From Myxococcota bacterium (GTDB taxonomy: Bacteria; Myxococcota_A; UBA796; UBA2385), in assembly GCA_044344255.1 (NCBI GenBank), contig JBIJDH010000003.1, forward strand, positions 448,001 to 512,000: 64,000 bases of DNA, written 5' to 3'. How positions within the stretch are numbered: the stretch's first letter is position 1; every line of letters begins with the position of its first letter. Positions 1 to 9,593 of the stretch are shown here, piece after piece. Under the pieces are notes generated by a model. It was not told the DNA's origin. It ran no database searches and saw only the letters and a list, made by a program, of their open reading frames with translations. The position numbers were made by a program, and so were the translations under genes.

Positions 1-772
1 AGGGCGGGTTCGTGAGCACGAGATCGGCCCTCGGCAGCCGCTCGCCGTCGGGGGAGAGCGTGTCGCCGAGCACCACGTCGCAGTCGATGTCGTGGAGCAT
101 CATGTTCATCAGCGCCAGGCGGTGCGCGTCCTGCACCAGCTCCACGCCGACGAAGGCCTTGCCCTTCTGGAACACCTGCAGCTGCTCGGGCAGGTCGAAG
201 AGGCCGTGGGTCTGGGCCTTCACGAAGCGGTCGGCGGTGATGAGGAAGCCACCGGTCCCGCTGGCGGGGTCTTGCACGACCTCACCCGCGCGCGGCTGGG
301 TGACCCGAACCATCGTCTCGATGAGCGGGCGCGGCGTGAAGTATTGGCCCGCGCCTGACTTCTTCTCGGCCGCGTTCTTCTCCAGCAAGCCCTCGTAAAG
401 GTCGCCGAGCTGCTCTCGCTCGATGGAGTACCAGTCGAGCTCATGGATGCTCTTGACCAGGGTGCCCAGGTTCTTCGGCTGCTTGATCACCGTGTTGGCG
501 TTGGCGAAGATGGCCTTCACCCGGGTCGATCCGTGGGAGCCGAGGTGAACGAGGAGCGCCCGGTAGAAGTTGAGCTGCGCGATGCCCTCCCGGCCCTCGA
601 TGTCGGCCCAGCGATAGCCCTCGGGGATCTGGCTCTCGGTCCCGGTCTCCGCCGTCATCTTGAGGAAGAGGAGGTAGGTCAGCTCTGTGACGTACTGGTG
701 GTAGGTCACTCCGTCGTCGCGGAGGACGTTGCAGAGGTTCCAGAGCTTGCTGACGATGTCGTTGGTGTTCAC
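1..772 (-). CDS. hsdM: Type I restriction-modification methyltransferase subunit M (EcoKI-like), 3' end beyond window
   Basis: Manual translation from GTG at 772: MNTNDIVSKLWNLCNVLRDDGVTYHQYVTELTYLLFLKM...KKSGAGQYFTPRPLI...QDPASGTGGFLI (SAM motif I). Lies directly downstream of hsdR. Absent from the ORF track because it has no stop inside the window. Confidence 0.95.
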   Translation of the reverse strand, partial: MNTNDIVSKLWNLCNVLRDDGVTYHQYVTELTYLLFLKMTAETGTESQIPEGYRWADIEGREGIAQLNFYRALLVHLGSHGSTRVKAIFANANTVIKQPKNLGTLVKSIHELDWYSIEREQLGDLYEGLLEKNAAEKKSGAGQYFTPRPLIETMVRVTQPRAGEVVQDPASGTGGFLITADRFVKAQTHGLFDLPEQLQVFQKGKAFVGVELVQDAHRLALMNMMLHDIDCDVVLGDTLSPDGERLPRADLVLTNPP

Positions 773-805
773 GGACTTCCTTCGGGATCGGTCTGGAGGA
801 TCTTC

Positions 806-3800
806 TCAGCTCGCCTCGGCCCACACCGCTTCGTGGAGCTCGCCCAGCACCTCATCGAGCTTGCCGTCGAAGACCCGGTCGAGCCGCTGGTAACCGCCGT
901 GGGACTTGAAGGCCCCGCTGTCCAGCGCCTCCCGGTCCACCACGAGCTCGATCCGGAGCTGCGCCCCGATGCGCTCCAGCCACTCCCGTTGTGGGCGGGA
1001 CCATGGGCGGGAGCCGAGGATGCGCGCGAGCGCCCGGTCTACCCGCTGGCCATAGGGGACGAGGGCGTCGCCCAGCGCCTGCTGGCGAATGAAGCCGATG
1101 ATCGAGGCCGCCACTTCGCGGTTGGTCTTCTTCGCCCAGGCCGTGCTGAGCGCCTTCTCCCCGTAGCCGGCGGCGTCGAGGGCGAGCTTCAGGTCGCGGA
1201 GCTGCTTGCGGGTGAGCTCTCGGGGGCGGGTCATCACGACGGTCAACGCGGGCAGGTCATTGCCGTGGGCGGCGAGGAAGGCCTTGAAGCCTTCGAGGTA
1301 GTCCTCGGGGGACTTGCCCTCGAAGTCCTGCTCGATGTCGAAGGCCTTGTCCTCTTGCTCCGAGATGAGCACCCAGCGGTCGCGGAAGACCTTCTCGTCC
1401 AACCAGGCAGGCAGCCCGGGCCGCTCGGTGAACCAGCGCGCGGCTTCTGCGGGGGTCGCGGATTTCAGCTTCTCCAGCACTTCGGCGGGGGAGGCACCGG
1501 CGAAGTGGGTGAAGGCGTCGAGCCGCGCGCCCTCGATCGTTCCCTTCTTGCGTTGGAGCCTGGCGATGAGCTGCTCCAGCACGAGCTTTCGACCCTCTTC
1601 CGTCGGGGCGGTTCCGAGCTCTTCCACCAGCCTGGCGAACGGAAAGCGGGGGTTCTCCACCACCGGCTTCATGTCGGTGAAGTCCTGCAGCGCGGCGAAC
1701 AGACCGACGGCGTCGTAGATGCGAAAGGCCTCCTTGCGGATCTCGGGGCAAAGGCGTGTCGCCCGCCCCCGCATCTGGTCGAAGAGGATGCGGGAATTCA
1801 CTCGGCGCAGGAAGATGAGGTTCACGATCTTCGGGATGTCGATGCCCGTGGTGAGCAGGTCGACTGTGACGGCGATGTTCGGGCTCCGTTCGTTTCGGTA
1901 CTCGCGGATCACCTGCAGGGGCCGGTCCACACTCGCGGTGATCTTGCGGACGAGGTCTTCGGTGAAGCTGTCGGGGAGGCGCTCGCGGTAGGCCTCGCGG
2001 AGCAGCTTCACAACGGTGTCGGCGTGGGCGTTGTCCACGGCGAAGATGAGGGTCTTTCCGGGCGAGAACGGGTCGATCTCCTCGACCAGCTTCGCGACGA
2101 CCGCCCGGTTCCACCCCTCCGTGATGACCTTCTTGTTGAACTCCTCGACCTCGAAGGTCACTGCGTCGGGCACGCGGAACAGTGCCAACTGCTGGGTGCG
2201 GGTGTTGTAGGCGGGGGTCTGCGAGTCGGCCGTAAAGGTGATGCCGTCGCGGGAGAGGCGAGTCTCGATGCGGTAGGGCGGCTCGTGGTCTACGAGGAAG
2301 CCGTCCACGACGGCTTCCCGGTAGGAGTATACATAGACGGGGTCGCCGAAGATCTGGACGGTGTGAAGCGCCGGAGTGGCGGTGAGGCCGACCTTGATCG
2401 CGTCGAAGTGGTCGAGCACGCGTCGGTACTTGCTGATGTAGTCCTCCTCCGATCGGAACCCGAGCTCGATCTCCGACATCTCCCGGTCGAGGTGGTAGCC
2501 CCGGTGGCTCTCGTCCACGACGATGCAGTCGTAGGTGTCCACGGGGAGGGCGTGCTCACCGGCCTCGGCGGCGAGCAAACGGCGCACCATCCCCTGTACG
2601 GTCGAAAAGTGCAGCTTCGTCTCGGCGTCGGGCTCCACATCGCCGAGCTTCTTCACGTTGTAGATCTCGGAGAAGCTCTGAAAGCCCTCCAGCTTCGCGT
2701 CCTCGAAGGCCTCCGCGGCCTGCTCTCCGAGGCTGGTGCGGTCCACCAGGAAGAGCACCCGGCGGAAGCGGCTGGTCTTGATGAGCCGGTAGACGAGGCC
2801 GATGCAGGTGCGGGTCTTGCCGGTCCCCGTCGCCATCGCGACGAGCATCTCCCGGTCACCCTGCTCGATGGCCGCCTCCACCGCCCGGATGGCCTTGATC
2901 TGGTAATCCCGCAACCCGAGATAGTCCGTGGGCTCGGCCTTGAGGGCCGCCTCGGCATCGTCCACCTGGATCTTGAGGGCCTCCACGAGCCCGTCGGGGG
3001 TCTTCCATCCGACGAGCGGCAGGGACGGGTTCTGGGGCCGTCGAGTGTCGCGGAACCAGACCCCCGAGCGGGTACGGAGCTGCTGTAGGAAGGGGCGGCC
3101 GTTTGTGGCGAAGATGAAGGGGACGCGGTCCTCGTCCCAGGGGCTTTCGGGGTGGAGGGCGTCGGCCTCGACCTTCACTCCCCGAGAGTACCGTCGGGCC
3201 TGGTCGAGAGTGGACATCACATCGACGGACCGCTTCTTGGCCTCCACGATCCCCACCAGGGTAGGTCCGACAAAGAGTGCGTAGTCGGCGGGACCCGACG
3301 TGGTGGGCCACTCCGCGATGGCGAGATTTCGGCCCTTGACCGGTCGGGCGCCCCGGGCATATCGAAGCGCCTGCGAGTCCGCCTCCCATCCGGCTTCTCG
3401 GAGCTGGGTGTCAATGAGGCCGCGCGTCGCGGCCTCGTCCAGGTCGACGGAAGCGGCGGCTACCTGCGCGGCCTGGACGACGGCTGCAGCGGCCTCGGGC
3501 GGCGCGGCGGCGGCGGCGGCTTGGACGGCCGCGAGCTTTGCCTCGAAGGAGGCGGTCTCCGTGGCGAGGCGGGTCGAGACCTCCTCGGCCAGGGCCATCG
3601 CGGCTTCAACATCGGCGTAGGCGGCGATCGCCTTGGCCTCGGCCTCCGCCCGGAGTCGGGCCTGCTCGGTCGCCGTGGCGTGGACCTCGGCGAGGCGGGT
3701 GACCTCCGCGCGGAGCCGCTCCAGCTCATCCAGAACCGTAGTGTCTACGGCACCCGGATCGGGAGGAGGAACAAAAGGGCCAGCCTTGAACAACGCACTC

Positions 3801-4201
3801 TTGAAGGACTTGTGGAACCAGACCGCCAGCTCTCGGGCGAGGCGGAGGAGCTTGAGCGCGTCCCCGTGGGTGAACGCTCGGGCTGGTCGGTCGGGGGTCC
3901 CCGCGTGGACGGCCTCGTTTCCGGCCTCTCGGAGCGCGCGGAACATGGCTCCGATCTGCCCGTCGATGACACCGCGGTCTCGCAGCCGGCCAAGCAGGAG
4001 CCCGAGCTCCTCCCGCTCAGCGACGTACACGGCCGAGTAGGCGGCGGCGTGTTTGGCGAGGGCTTCGGCGAGGGTGCGGAGGGTCGAGATGCACAGCCGC
4101 GGATGCTCGCGGAACAGGCCCTCTGCCTCGGCTGCATACTCGACCAGGATGGCGTCGTGGGCAGCCAGGAAGGCGAAGTTGACGGACGGTGCTGGGTTCA
4201 T
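806..4201 (-). CDS. hsdR: Type I restriction endonuclease subunit R (EcoKI-like)
   Basis: Nuclease motif ADYALFVG..IVEAKK, Walker A MATGTGKT, DESHRGY, GLTATP, DLLTTGID, QMRGRATR. Start set at ATG 4201 (MNPAPSVNFAFL). Confidence 0.95.
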   Translation of the reverse strand: MNPAPSVNFAFLAAHDAILVEYAAEAEGLFREHPRLCISTLRTLAEALAKHAAAYSAVYVAEREELGLLLGRLRDRGVIDGQIGAMFRALREAGNEAVHAGTPDRPARAFTHGDALKLLRLARELAVWFHKSFKSALFKAGPFVPPPDPGAVDTTVLDELERLRAEVTRLAEVHATATEQARLRAEAEAKAIAAYADVEAAMALAEEVSTRLATETASFEAKLAAVQAAAAAAPPEAAAAVVQAAQVAAASVDLDEAATRGLIDTQLREAGWEADSQALRYARGARPVKGRNLAIAEWPTTSGPADYALFVGPTLVGIVEAKKRSVDVMSTLDQARRYSRGVKVEADALHPESPWDEDRVPFIFATNGRPFLQQLRTRSGVWFRDTRRPQNPSLPLVGWKTPDGLVEALKIQVDDAEAALKAEPTDYLGLRDYQIKAIRAVEAAIEQGDREMLVAMATGTGKTRTCIGLVYRLIKTSRFRRVLFLVDRTSLGEQAAEAFEDAKLEGFQSFSEIYNVKKLGDVEPDAETKLHFSTVQGMVRRLLAAEAGEHALPVDTYDCIVVDESHRGYHLDREMSEIELGFRSEEDYISKYRRVLDHFDAIKVGLTATPALHTVQIFGDPVYVYSYREAVVDGFLVDHEPPYRIETRLSRDGITFTADSQTPAYNTRTQQLALFRVPDAVTFEVEEFNKKVITEGWNRAVVAKLVEEIDPFSPGKTLIFAVDNAHADTVVKLLREAYRERLPDSFTEDLVRKITASVDRPLQVIREYRNERSPNIAVTVDLLTTGIDIPKIVNLIFLRRVNSRILFDQMRGRATRLCPEIRKEAFRIYDAVGLFAALQDFTDMKPVVENPRFPFARLVEELGTAPTEEGRKLVLEQLIARLQRKKGTIEGARLDAFTHFAGASPAEVLEKLKSATPAEAARWFTERPGLPAWLDEKVFRDRWVLISEQEDKAFDIEQDFEGKSPEDYLEGFKAFLAAHGNDLPALTVVMTRPRELTRKQLRDLKLALDAAGYGEKALSTAWAKKTNREVAASIIGFIRQQALGDALVPYGQRVDRALARILGSRPWSRPQREWLERIGAQLRIELVVDREALDSGAFKSHGGYQRLDRVFDGKLDEVLGELHEAVWAEAS

Positions 4202-4552
4202 GACAGGCCCAAGCCCGCGGCTGCGAAACGGTGAGGACGGGAGGGTATCGGAGAGTTGGGCGACATGGCGAACCTGCGGTCGGGCGCGACGGTCGCCGCG
4301 ATGCACGACGGTAGTGCGTCGAGGGCACGAATACAATGAGCGGAGGAGCCGGAGGCGCAGTGAGCTTGCCCTGAATTGACAGACTCATCCTTGTCCCGTC
4401 GTCGTCGATCGCGATCCGGAGTGCCGCACCGGGGCGGCATGTGCCGGTCCATCGCCCACCGGCTGACCCTAGGCTCCACTGCGGTGATCAACCGGTCAGC
4501 GCCGACTAGATTTCTCAATGAGCATCTATAAAAGGCTGTAATCCGCGTTCTC

Positions 4553-4580
4553 TTGTCAGAAGATGCTGGCGTAATATCCT
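4553..4580 (+). promoter_or_regulatory. Putative sigma-70 promoter of the DUF6088 gene
   Basis: TTGTCA-N16-TATCCT in a locally AT-richer stretch, followed by an AGGAGG RBS. Confidence 0.35.
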
Positions 4581-4598
4581 ACAGGAGGAGGTGGTGCC

Positions 4599-5195
4599 GT
4601 GGGGGTCGCCGACGACATGCTTCACCGGGTTCGCGGCAAGGGCCGAGGCTTCGTGTTCACTGTGCGTGACTTCGATGACCTGGGAACCCGTGCGGCTCTC
4701 GATCAGGCGCTCGCCCGCCTCACCCATGCGGGCACGATCCGTCGCCTGGACCGCGGTGTCTACGACTTCCCTCGCATTCACCCTGTAGTCGGCCCGATGT
4801 GGCCCTCGACGGACGCCGTCGCTCAAGCGGTGGCACGGCGAACCGGGTGTCACCTGAAGGGCTCCGGGCCATTGGCCGCGAACCTGCTTGGCTTGACCAC
4901 CCAGGTCCCCGCGCAGACGACCTACCTGACCGACGGGCCCTCCCGCAGCGTTCACGTCGGGAAGCTCGTCGTGGACATCCGGCACGCAGGTCGGGTGGAC
5001 ATGCTCTTGTCCGATACCCTCGCGGGGCTTGTGATCACCGCGTTGCGCTACCTGGGCCGGGACGCGGTCGACGCGGGCACGTTGAAGCGGCTGTCCGGCA
5101 CGCTCGACTCGAAGAACAAGAGAAAGCTCCGTTCGGTGAAACCGCAGCTCCCCGCTTGGCTCGCGGCAGCGGTCGACCAGATCGCGGCGGCCTGA
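4599..5195 (+). CDS. DUF6088 family / AbiEi-like type IV TA antitoxin (winged HTH)
   Basis: VFTVRDFDDLGTRAALDQALARL..G.IRRLDRGVYDFP and AANLLGLTTQVPAQTTYLTDGPSR match the family pattern as I recall it. Confidence 0.85.
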   Translation: MGVADDMLHRVRGKGRGFVFTVRDFDDLGTRAALDQALARLTHAGTIRRLDRGVYDFPRIHPVVGPMWPSTDAVAQAVARRTGCHLKGSGPLAANLLGLTTQVPAQTTYLTDGPSRSVHVGKLVVDIRHAGRVDMLLSDTLAGLVITALRYLGRDAVDAGTLKRLSGTLDSKNKRKLRSVKPQLPAWLAAAVDQIAAA

Positions 5196-5197
5196 CC

Positions 5198-5287
5198 ATG
5201 GCCGACCTCTTTGGCGACGCGGATGAACGCACGGTCCTGGTGGACGACGTGGCTGCCCGGATGGGTGCCGCGTCCCGGTCCAGGTAG
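5198..5287 (+). pseudogene. Probable N-terminal remnant of the AbiEii-type toxin partner
   Basis: ATG 2 bp after the antitoxin stop; 29 aa (MADLFGDADERTVLVDDVAARMGAASRSR*). Resembles an AbiEii N-terminus but stops before the expected EKD motif. Confidence 0.4.
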
Positions 5288-5461
5288 AAGTCGAGGTTGC
5301 GCTCCAGGTCCGCGAGGCGGGCGGCGAGCACGGCGCGCCCCACGGAGGAGCTGGCAGAGGGTGTAGGTGGTGGACACGGCGGCTCCAGAGCTGCCGGATG
5401 GGTCTGGTCACTCGCGAGGGGCTATGCCCCGCGCTTCTCCACTTTCATCGAAGGGTTATGG

Positions 5462-6574
5462 TCAGCCCGTGCTGGACGCGCAGACCGTGGCGACCGCGTT
5501 CCGGCCGCCTCGCTTGGCCAGATACAGGCCCTCATCGGCTAGGCGCATCATGCCGTCCACACCATCGGTGTCCGGCGCGCGGGCGGCCACGCCCACGCTG
5601 ACGCTCCCCTTCCATTGCCCCGCGCCGGTGGGGACCACCATCGCGGCGACCTTCTGGCGCACGGTCTCTGCCAGTTGGAGGGCGCCCGCGAGCGACGTGT
5701 GGGGGCAGATGATCAGGAATTCGTCGCCGCCCAGGCGACAGACATAGTCGTCTGTGCGCACTGCGCCGCGCAGGCAGCGAGAGAGCGCTCGCAAGACGTC
5801 GTCGCCAGCGTCGTGGCCGAAGGTGTCGTTCACCGTCTTGAACCCATCGGCGTCGATCATCATGCACGACAGCCCGCGGACGGACAGCGCTCGCCACTCC
5901 TCGTCGAAGCAGCGGAGGGCCTTCCGCCGGTTCGGGAGGCCGGTGAGCGCGTCGGTCATCGCCATGTCCTCGAGGCGCTGGTTGGCCACGAGCAGCTCGT
6001 GGGTGCGCTCCGCGACGCGGGCCTCCAGGTTCCGGTTGAGCTGGTACAGCTCCCGGTCTCGCTCGGAGACCTGTCGGAACAGCCCGTCGAGCGCCGTCAG
6101 CAGTGACGCTGTGGCGGGATCGCGCTGGGTCGCGACGGTACGCCACGCAGACTCCGCGGACTCGCCAGCGGCGATCGCGGCGACTTGCCGGGCCATGCCA
6201 TGGTCAGAGCCGAGGATGTGGTAGGCCAGCCAGTGGGAGAGGAACTGCAGCAGGAAGCTCGACGGGTCCTTCGTGGCCTTGTCCGCCCGCATCCGGAGCA
6301 CCTCGTCCAGGAAGCCCTGGTGTTCCCGATGATGCTGCTGGACGTAGCGCGGATCTACGCCGGCGAGCCCCATGATCGCCTCCTCCTCTCGGAAGTGCTG
6401 CTCCGCGTACACCTTTAGCTCCTCGAACACCGCGGAGACCTCCTCTTCGGTGGCCTCCGTACCGCGGGTGAGCACCTCTCCGAAACGGTTGATGACCTCG
6501 ACGAGGTGGCGATGTTGCCGGTCTACCTCGGGGATGCCCGTGACGTACACGTCATTCCAGATGAAGGCGTCCAC
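5462..6574 (-). CDS. Bacteriohemerythrin-domain diguanylate cyclase
   Basis: Hemerythrin ligands TGIPEVDRQH, HFREEE, HHREH, WLAYHILGSD; DALTGLPNRR; RxxD I-site (RTDD) and intact GGDEF. Start at GTG 6574. Confidence 0.92.
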   Translation of the reverse strand: MDAFIWNDVYVTGIPEVDRQHRHLVEVINRFGEVLTRGTEATEEEVSAVFEELKVYAEQHFREEEAIMGLAGVDPRYVQQHHREHQGFLDEVLRMRADKATKDPSSFLLQFLSHWLAYHILGSDHGMARQVAAIAAGESAESAWRTVATQRDPATASLLTALDGLFRQVSERDRELYQLNRNLEARVAERTHELLVANQRLEDMAMTDALTGLPNRRKALRCFDEEWRALSVRGLSCMMIDADGFKTVNDTFGHDAGDDVLRALSRCLRGAVRTDDYVCRLGGDEFLIICPHTSLAGALQLAETVRQKVAAMVVPTGAGQWKGSVSVGVAARAPDTDGVDGMMRLADEGLYLAKRGGRNAVATVCASSTG

Positions 6575-6829
6575 GGCGGTCGGTCCTGGGTGCTCGGGTT
6601 TCGGTCGTGGGGGGCTCGCCCTCCCGGGCGACTCGGGGGGGCCAGTGTGGACTCCTAACCCTCGGCGCCTCTGACTCCTCCGAAAGTTCTGCCGATCCCG
6701 TCCCTGCGACCCGGGCCGGCGGGCCCAAGCCGCGGAGATCCGCGCCGGATGCGGGTCTCCCGCGCCGGCACGGGGCCTCGTCTTTGTCGGTCCGCTCTCT
6801 GTGTCCGGCAGTTTGTGGTGCAAGCTCAG

Positions 6830-7738
6830 TCACCCGCCGCCGCCCCGCAGCCCCGCCCATCGAACGAGGCCCACGCCCTCGGGGTCGGGCTGGCAGGTGG
6901 CGCAGAAGAAGGCGTCGTGGCCGAGCACACCGGCGACGCGCACGGGGGCGCCGCAGCGGGGGCAGGGCTCACCCTTGCGGTTTCGCACAGAGAGGAAGTC
7001 GCGCACCTTCTCGTCGAGGGCCGGGCGGCGCGCCTCGAGCTCTGTCCGGGCAGCCGTGAGCGTCGAGACGATGGCCGTGTGCAGGCGACCGATCGCCGCA
7101 GCGTCGAGGGTGTTCATCCGAGTCTTCGGGTGGAGGCCGGCGGCCCACATCACCTCGTCGGCGTAGGCGTTGCCCATCGAGTCGAGGGCGTCTTTGTCCA
7201 TCAGGAAGACCTTGAGCTGGTCGCGACGTTTCTTCACGAGGCCGGCGAGGAGCGCGGGGGTGAAGGAGGGGGCGAGCACGTCGTGGCCGCGGGCGAGGAG
7301 GCCCGGCGCCTGCTCGGCGTCGGCGGGACGGAGGAGGTAGACCTTGCCCATCTCGCGGTCGTCGCGGAAGCGGAGCGAGCGGCCGTCGTCGAGGTCCAGC
7401 GTGAAGGCCGTGTCCTTGGTGACCTTCGCGCCGGCCCGGGTGATGGTGAAGCGGCCGGCCAGCATGCAGTGGATCGCCAGCCAGAGCTCGGGCTCGGCCT
7501 CAGGCTCGGCCTCAGGCTCGGCCTCAGATTCGGCGAGGGGGCCGAGGGTGAGGACGACGAAGGCCGACCGGCGCTCGACGGCGCGGAGCGCTCGGCCGGG
7601 GAGGAGGCGCCGGGGATCGCCTGCGAGGAGGTTGCGGAGGACGACGGGATCGTCGAGGCGGGCCGCCGTCACCCGACGGCCGACCAGGGCCGCGCGGAGG
7701 AGGGGGACCTGGTAGTCGAGGTCGGGGCGCTCGGGCAT
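6830..7738 (-). CDS. Fpg/Nei family DNA glycosylase (atypical)
   Basis: N-terminal MPERPD, H2TH motif GNAYADE, C-terminal zinc finger CPRC..CATC. Confidence 0.85.
   Translation of the reverse strand: MPERPDLDYQVPLLRAALVGRRVTAARLDDPVVLRNLLAGDPRRLLPGRALRAVERRSAFVVLTLGPLAESEAEPEAEPEAEPELWLAIHCMLAGRFTITRAGAKVTKDTAFTLDLDDGRSLRFRDDREMGKVYLLRPADAEQAPGLLARGHDVLAPSFTPALLAGLVKKRRDQLKVFLMDKDALDSMGNAYADEVMWAAGLHPKTRMNTLDAAAIGRLHTAIVSTLTAARTELEARRPALDEKVRDFLSVRNRKGEPCPRCGAPVRVAGVLGHDAFFCATCQPDPEGVGLVRWAGLRGGGG
7491..7526. repeat. In-frame 12-bp tandem repeat x3 (GGCTCGGCCTCA) encoding (EAEP)3
   Basis: Three exact copies inside the Fpg/Nei gene. Confidence 0.9.
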
Positions 7739-7758
7739 CGGCTCCTCTCCGGTCGGGC

Positions 7759-8790
7759 TTACCCCGCCGTGGCCGCCTCCGAGGAGGCGAAGGGCCCGAG
7801 GCGGCGGCGCTCCAGCTCCTGCCGCAGGCGGCGGCGGGCCACGGAGTCTGCGAAGAGGGTGACCACGACAGTGCCAAAGTAGCCCCAGGGCAGCTTCGGG
7901 CTCTCCTCGAAGTGGCGGAGCTCCGGGTAGGGGCGGGCGGGGTTGGCGTGGTGGTCCGCGTGCCGGGAGAGGCCGATGAGGGAGTAGTAGGTGAACCAGG
8001 AGTCGGCGTCCCAGGAGTCGACGGTGGTGACCCGCCGCCCGGCCCGCTGCAGGCCCCAGTGCTCGATGTAGTTCACCGCCTCGAGGAGGAGGATGCCGAT
8101 CGCCGCCTGCGCGAGCCAGAGGCCGAGGCCGACCGGGCCGGTGAGGAGGCCGACCGCGGCGGCGAGGGTGAGGGCGGCGAGGAGGCCGTGCAGCACCCGG
8201 CTCTGCCACCACCGGGCGCCCACGCGGCGCCGCTCGAGGGCCCAGGCGCTGCCGAATTGGCCGGGGACCGTGCGGAGCAGGAAGGGGTGGAAGGCCTCGT
8301 CGAAGCGTGCGGTGGCGGGGTCGTCCGCGGTGGCCACCCGGACGTGGTGGCCCCGCAGGTGCTCGGTGTAGAAGTGCTCATAGTGGACCGTCACCAGCAG
8401 CAGGCGGCCGAGCAGCCGATGCAGCGGCGCCGGGCGGTGGATGAGCTCGTGGGCGGCGACGATGGCGGTGTAACCGGAAGAAGCGCCCATCAGGACGGCG
8501 GCGATCACGAGGTCAAGCGGGCCGGCGCCGAGGCCGGGCATCCGGAGGATGATGCCGAGGTTGATAAGGTGTAACGCGCAGAGACCGTAGATTGTGATGT
8601 TGAAGGGCCAGGCCGGGAGGGCCGCGGGGGGGCTGGGATCGGGGCTGGCGACGGCGTCGAGGCCGACGCTGAGGGCGAGCAGCAGGATGAAGCCGAGCGC
8701 GACCGCCACGCTGTGCGGCGCGGTGAGGCCGAAGGTGAGGACGGTGAGGGGCATGAACCAGGCGAGCTGGTGCTTGATCAGCCTCGACAT
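7759..8790 (-). CDS. alkB: Alkane 1-monooxygenase / membrane di-iron desaturase family
   Basis: His boxes HELIH, EHLRGHH, NYIEHWGL, LSRHADHH plus several TM segments. Confidence 0.85.
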   Translation of the reverse strand: MSRLIKHQLAWFMPLTVLTFGLTAPHSVAVALGFILLLALSVGLDAVASPDPSPPAALPAWPFNITIYGLCALHLINLGIILRMPGLGAGPLDLVIAAVLMGASSGYTAIVAAHELIHRPAPLHRLLGRLLLVTVHYEHFYTEHLRGHHVRVATADDPATARFDEAFHPFLLRTVPGQFGSAWALERRRVGARWWQSRVLHGLLAALTLAAAVGLLTGPVGLGLWLAQAAIGILLLEAVNYIEHWGLQRAGRRVTTVDSWDADSWFTYYSLIGLSRHADHHANPARPYPELRHFEESPKLPWGYFGTVVVTLFADSVARRRLRQELERRRLGPFASSEAATAG

Positions 8791-8826
8791 CGAAGACCTC
8801 GCAGGTGAGTCGGCGGCAGCGGACGG

Positions 8827-8863
8827 ATACCAAACCGTATCTGAATACGAAGTGGTATGTCAA
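8827..8863 (-). promoter_or_regulatory. alkB promoter overlapped by an imperfect palindrome (likely TetR operator)
   Basis: ATACCAaacCGTAT-ctga-ATACGaagTGGTAT inverted repeat at 8827-8858; minus strand reads TTGACA-N18-TACGGT. Confidence 0.7.
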
Positions 8864-8949
8864 GCGCAGCGAGCCCCTGCGCGGACTGGCGCGGCCCCGG
8901 CGCGGATCACGGGCCGGCTCCTGGATAGGGGGCCTGCCGTGAGGGTGGC

Positions 8950-9570
8950 TTGAACCGACGGACCCGCGAGCAGAGCAAGACCGAGACCCGGGAGGCCCTC
9001 CTGCAGGCGGCCCTGGGCCTGTTCATCGAGCGGGGCATCGAGGGGCCGAGCCTCGACCTCATCTGTCAGCGGGCCGGCTTCTCGCGGGGGGCCTTCTACG
9101 TCCACTTCAAGGACCGCGCCGAGCTCCGAATGGCGGTGATGGAGCGGGTGATCGCGGCCTGGACCACGGTGATCGTGGACACCGCCGACGAGGCGGGCGG
9201 CGATCTCGAGCGCACCATCGACCGCTTCGTGGAGACCTTCCTCTCCATGGTCGGCGACCCCGGGGCCGACCTCTTCTTGCGAGAGGGGACCGCCAACATT
9301 CACCTCATGCTCTCGGCCGCCCAACGAGATCCAGCGGTGGGCGAGCGGCTCTCGACCCTGCTCGAGCAGGAGTCCGACCGCCTCGCCGGAGTGGTGGCCC
9401 TCGGTCAGCGGGCGGGCTCGGTGCGGGCCGATCAGCCCCCCCGCGCCCTCGCCGACGCCCTGATCACGCTCGTGCTCGGCGTGCTCGCGATGTCGCCCGT
9501 GCGCTTCCCGCGTGACCTGCTCGGCCTTCGGGCGGTGGTGGTGGAGCTCTTGCGGACGCGGCCGGGCTAA
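8950..9570 (+). CDS. TetR/AcrR family transcriptional regulator
   Basis: TREALLQAALGLFIERG..SLDLICQRAGFSRGAFYVHFKDR HTH; divergent from alkB. Confidence 0.92.
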   Translation: MNRRTREQSKTETREALLQAALGLFIERGIEGPSLDLICQRAGFSRGAFYVHFKDRAELRMAVMERVIAAWTTVIVDTADEAGGDLERTIDRFVETFLSMVGDPGADLFLREGTANIHLMLSAAQRDPAVGERLSTLLEQESDRLAGVVALGQRAGSVRADQPPRALADALITLVLGVLAMSPVRFPRDLLGLRAVVVELLRTRPG

Positions 9571-9593
9571 GCTCCGCGGCGGAGAGGCCCCCC

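Noticed and set aside
443..3088. 881-aa plus-strand ORF, and similar long ORFs such as 39656..42706(-), 59861..61822(+), 17389..18645(+) and 49049..51139(+)
   Set aside because: Antisense shadows of well-supported genes. Stop codons are scarce at this GC content and these ORFs carry no motifs.
4202..4598. Possible att site, IS end or ncRNA between hsdR and the antitoxin
   Set aside because: No convincing terminal repeats, tRNA or known RNA motif; only a weak promoter is supportable.
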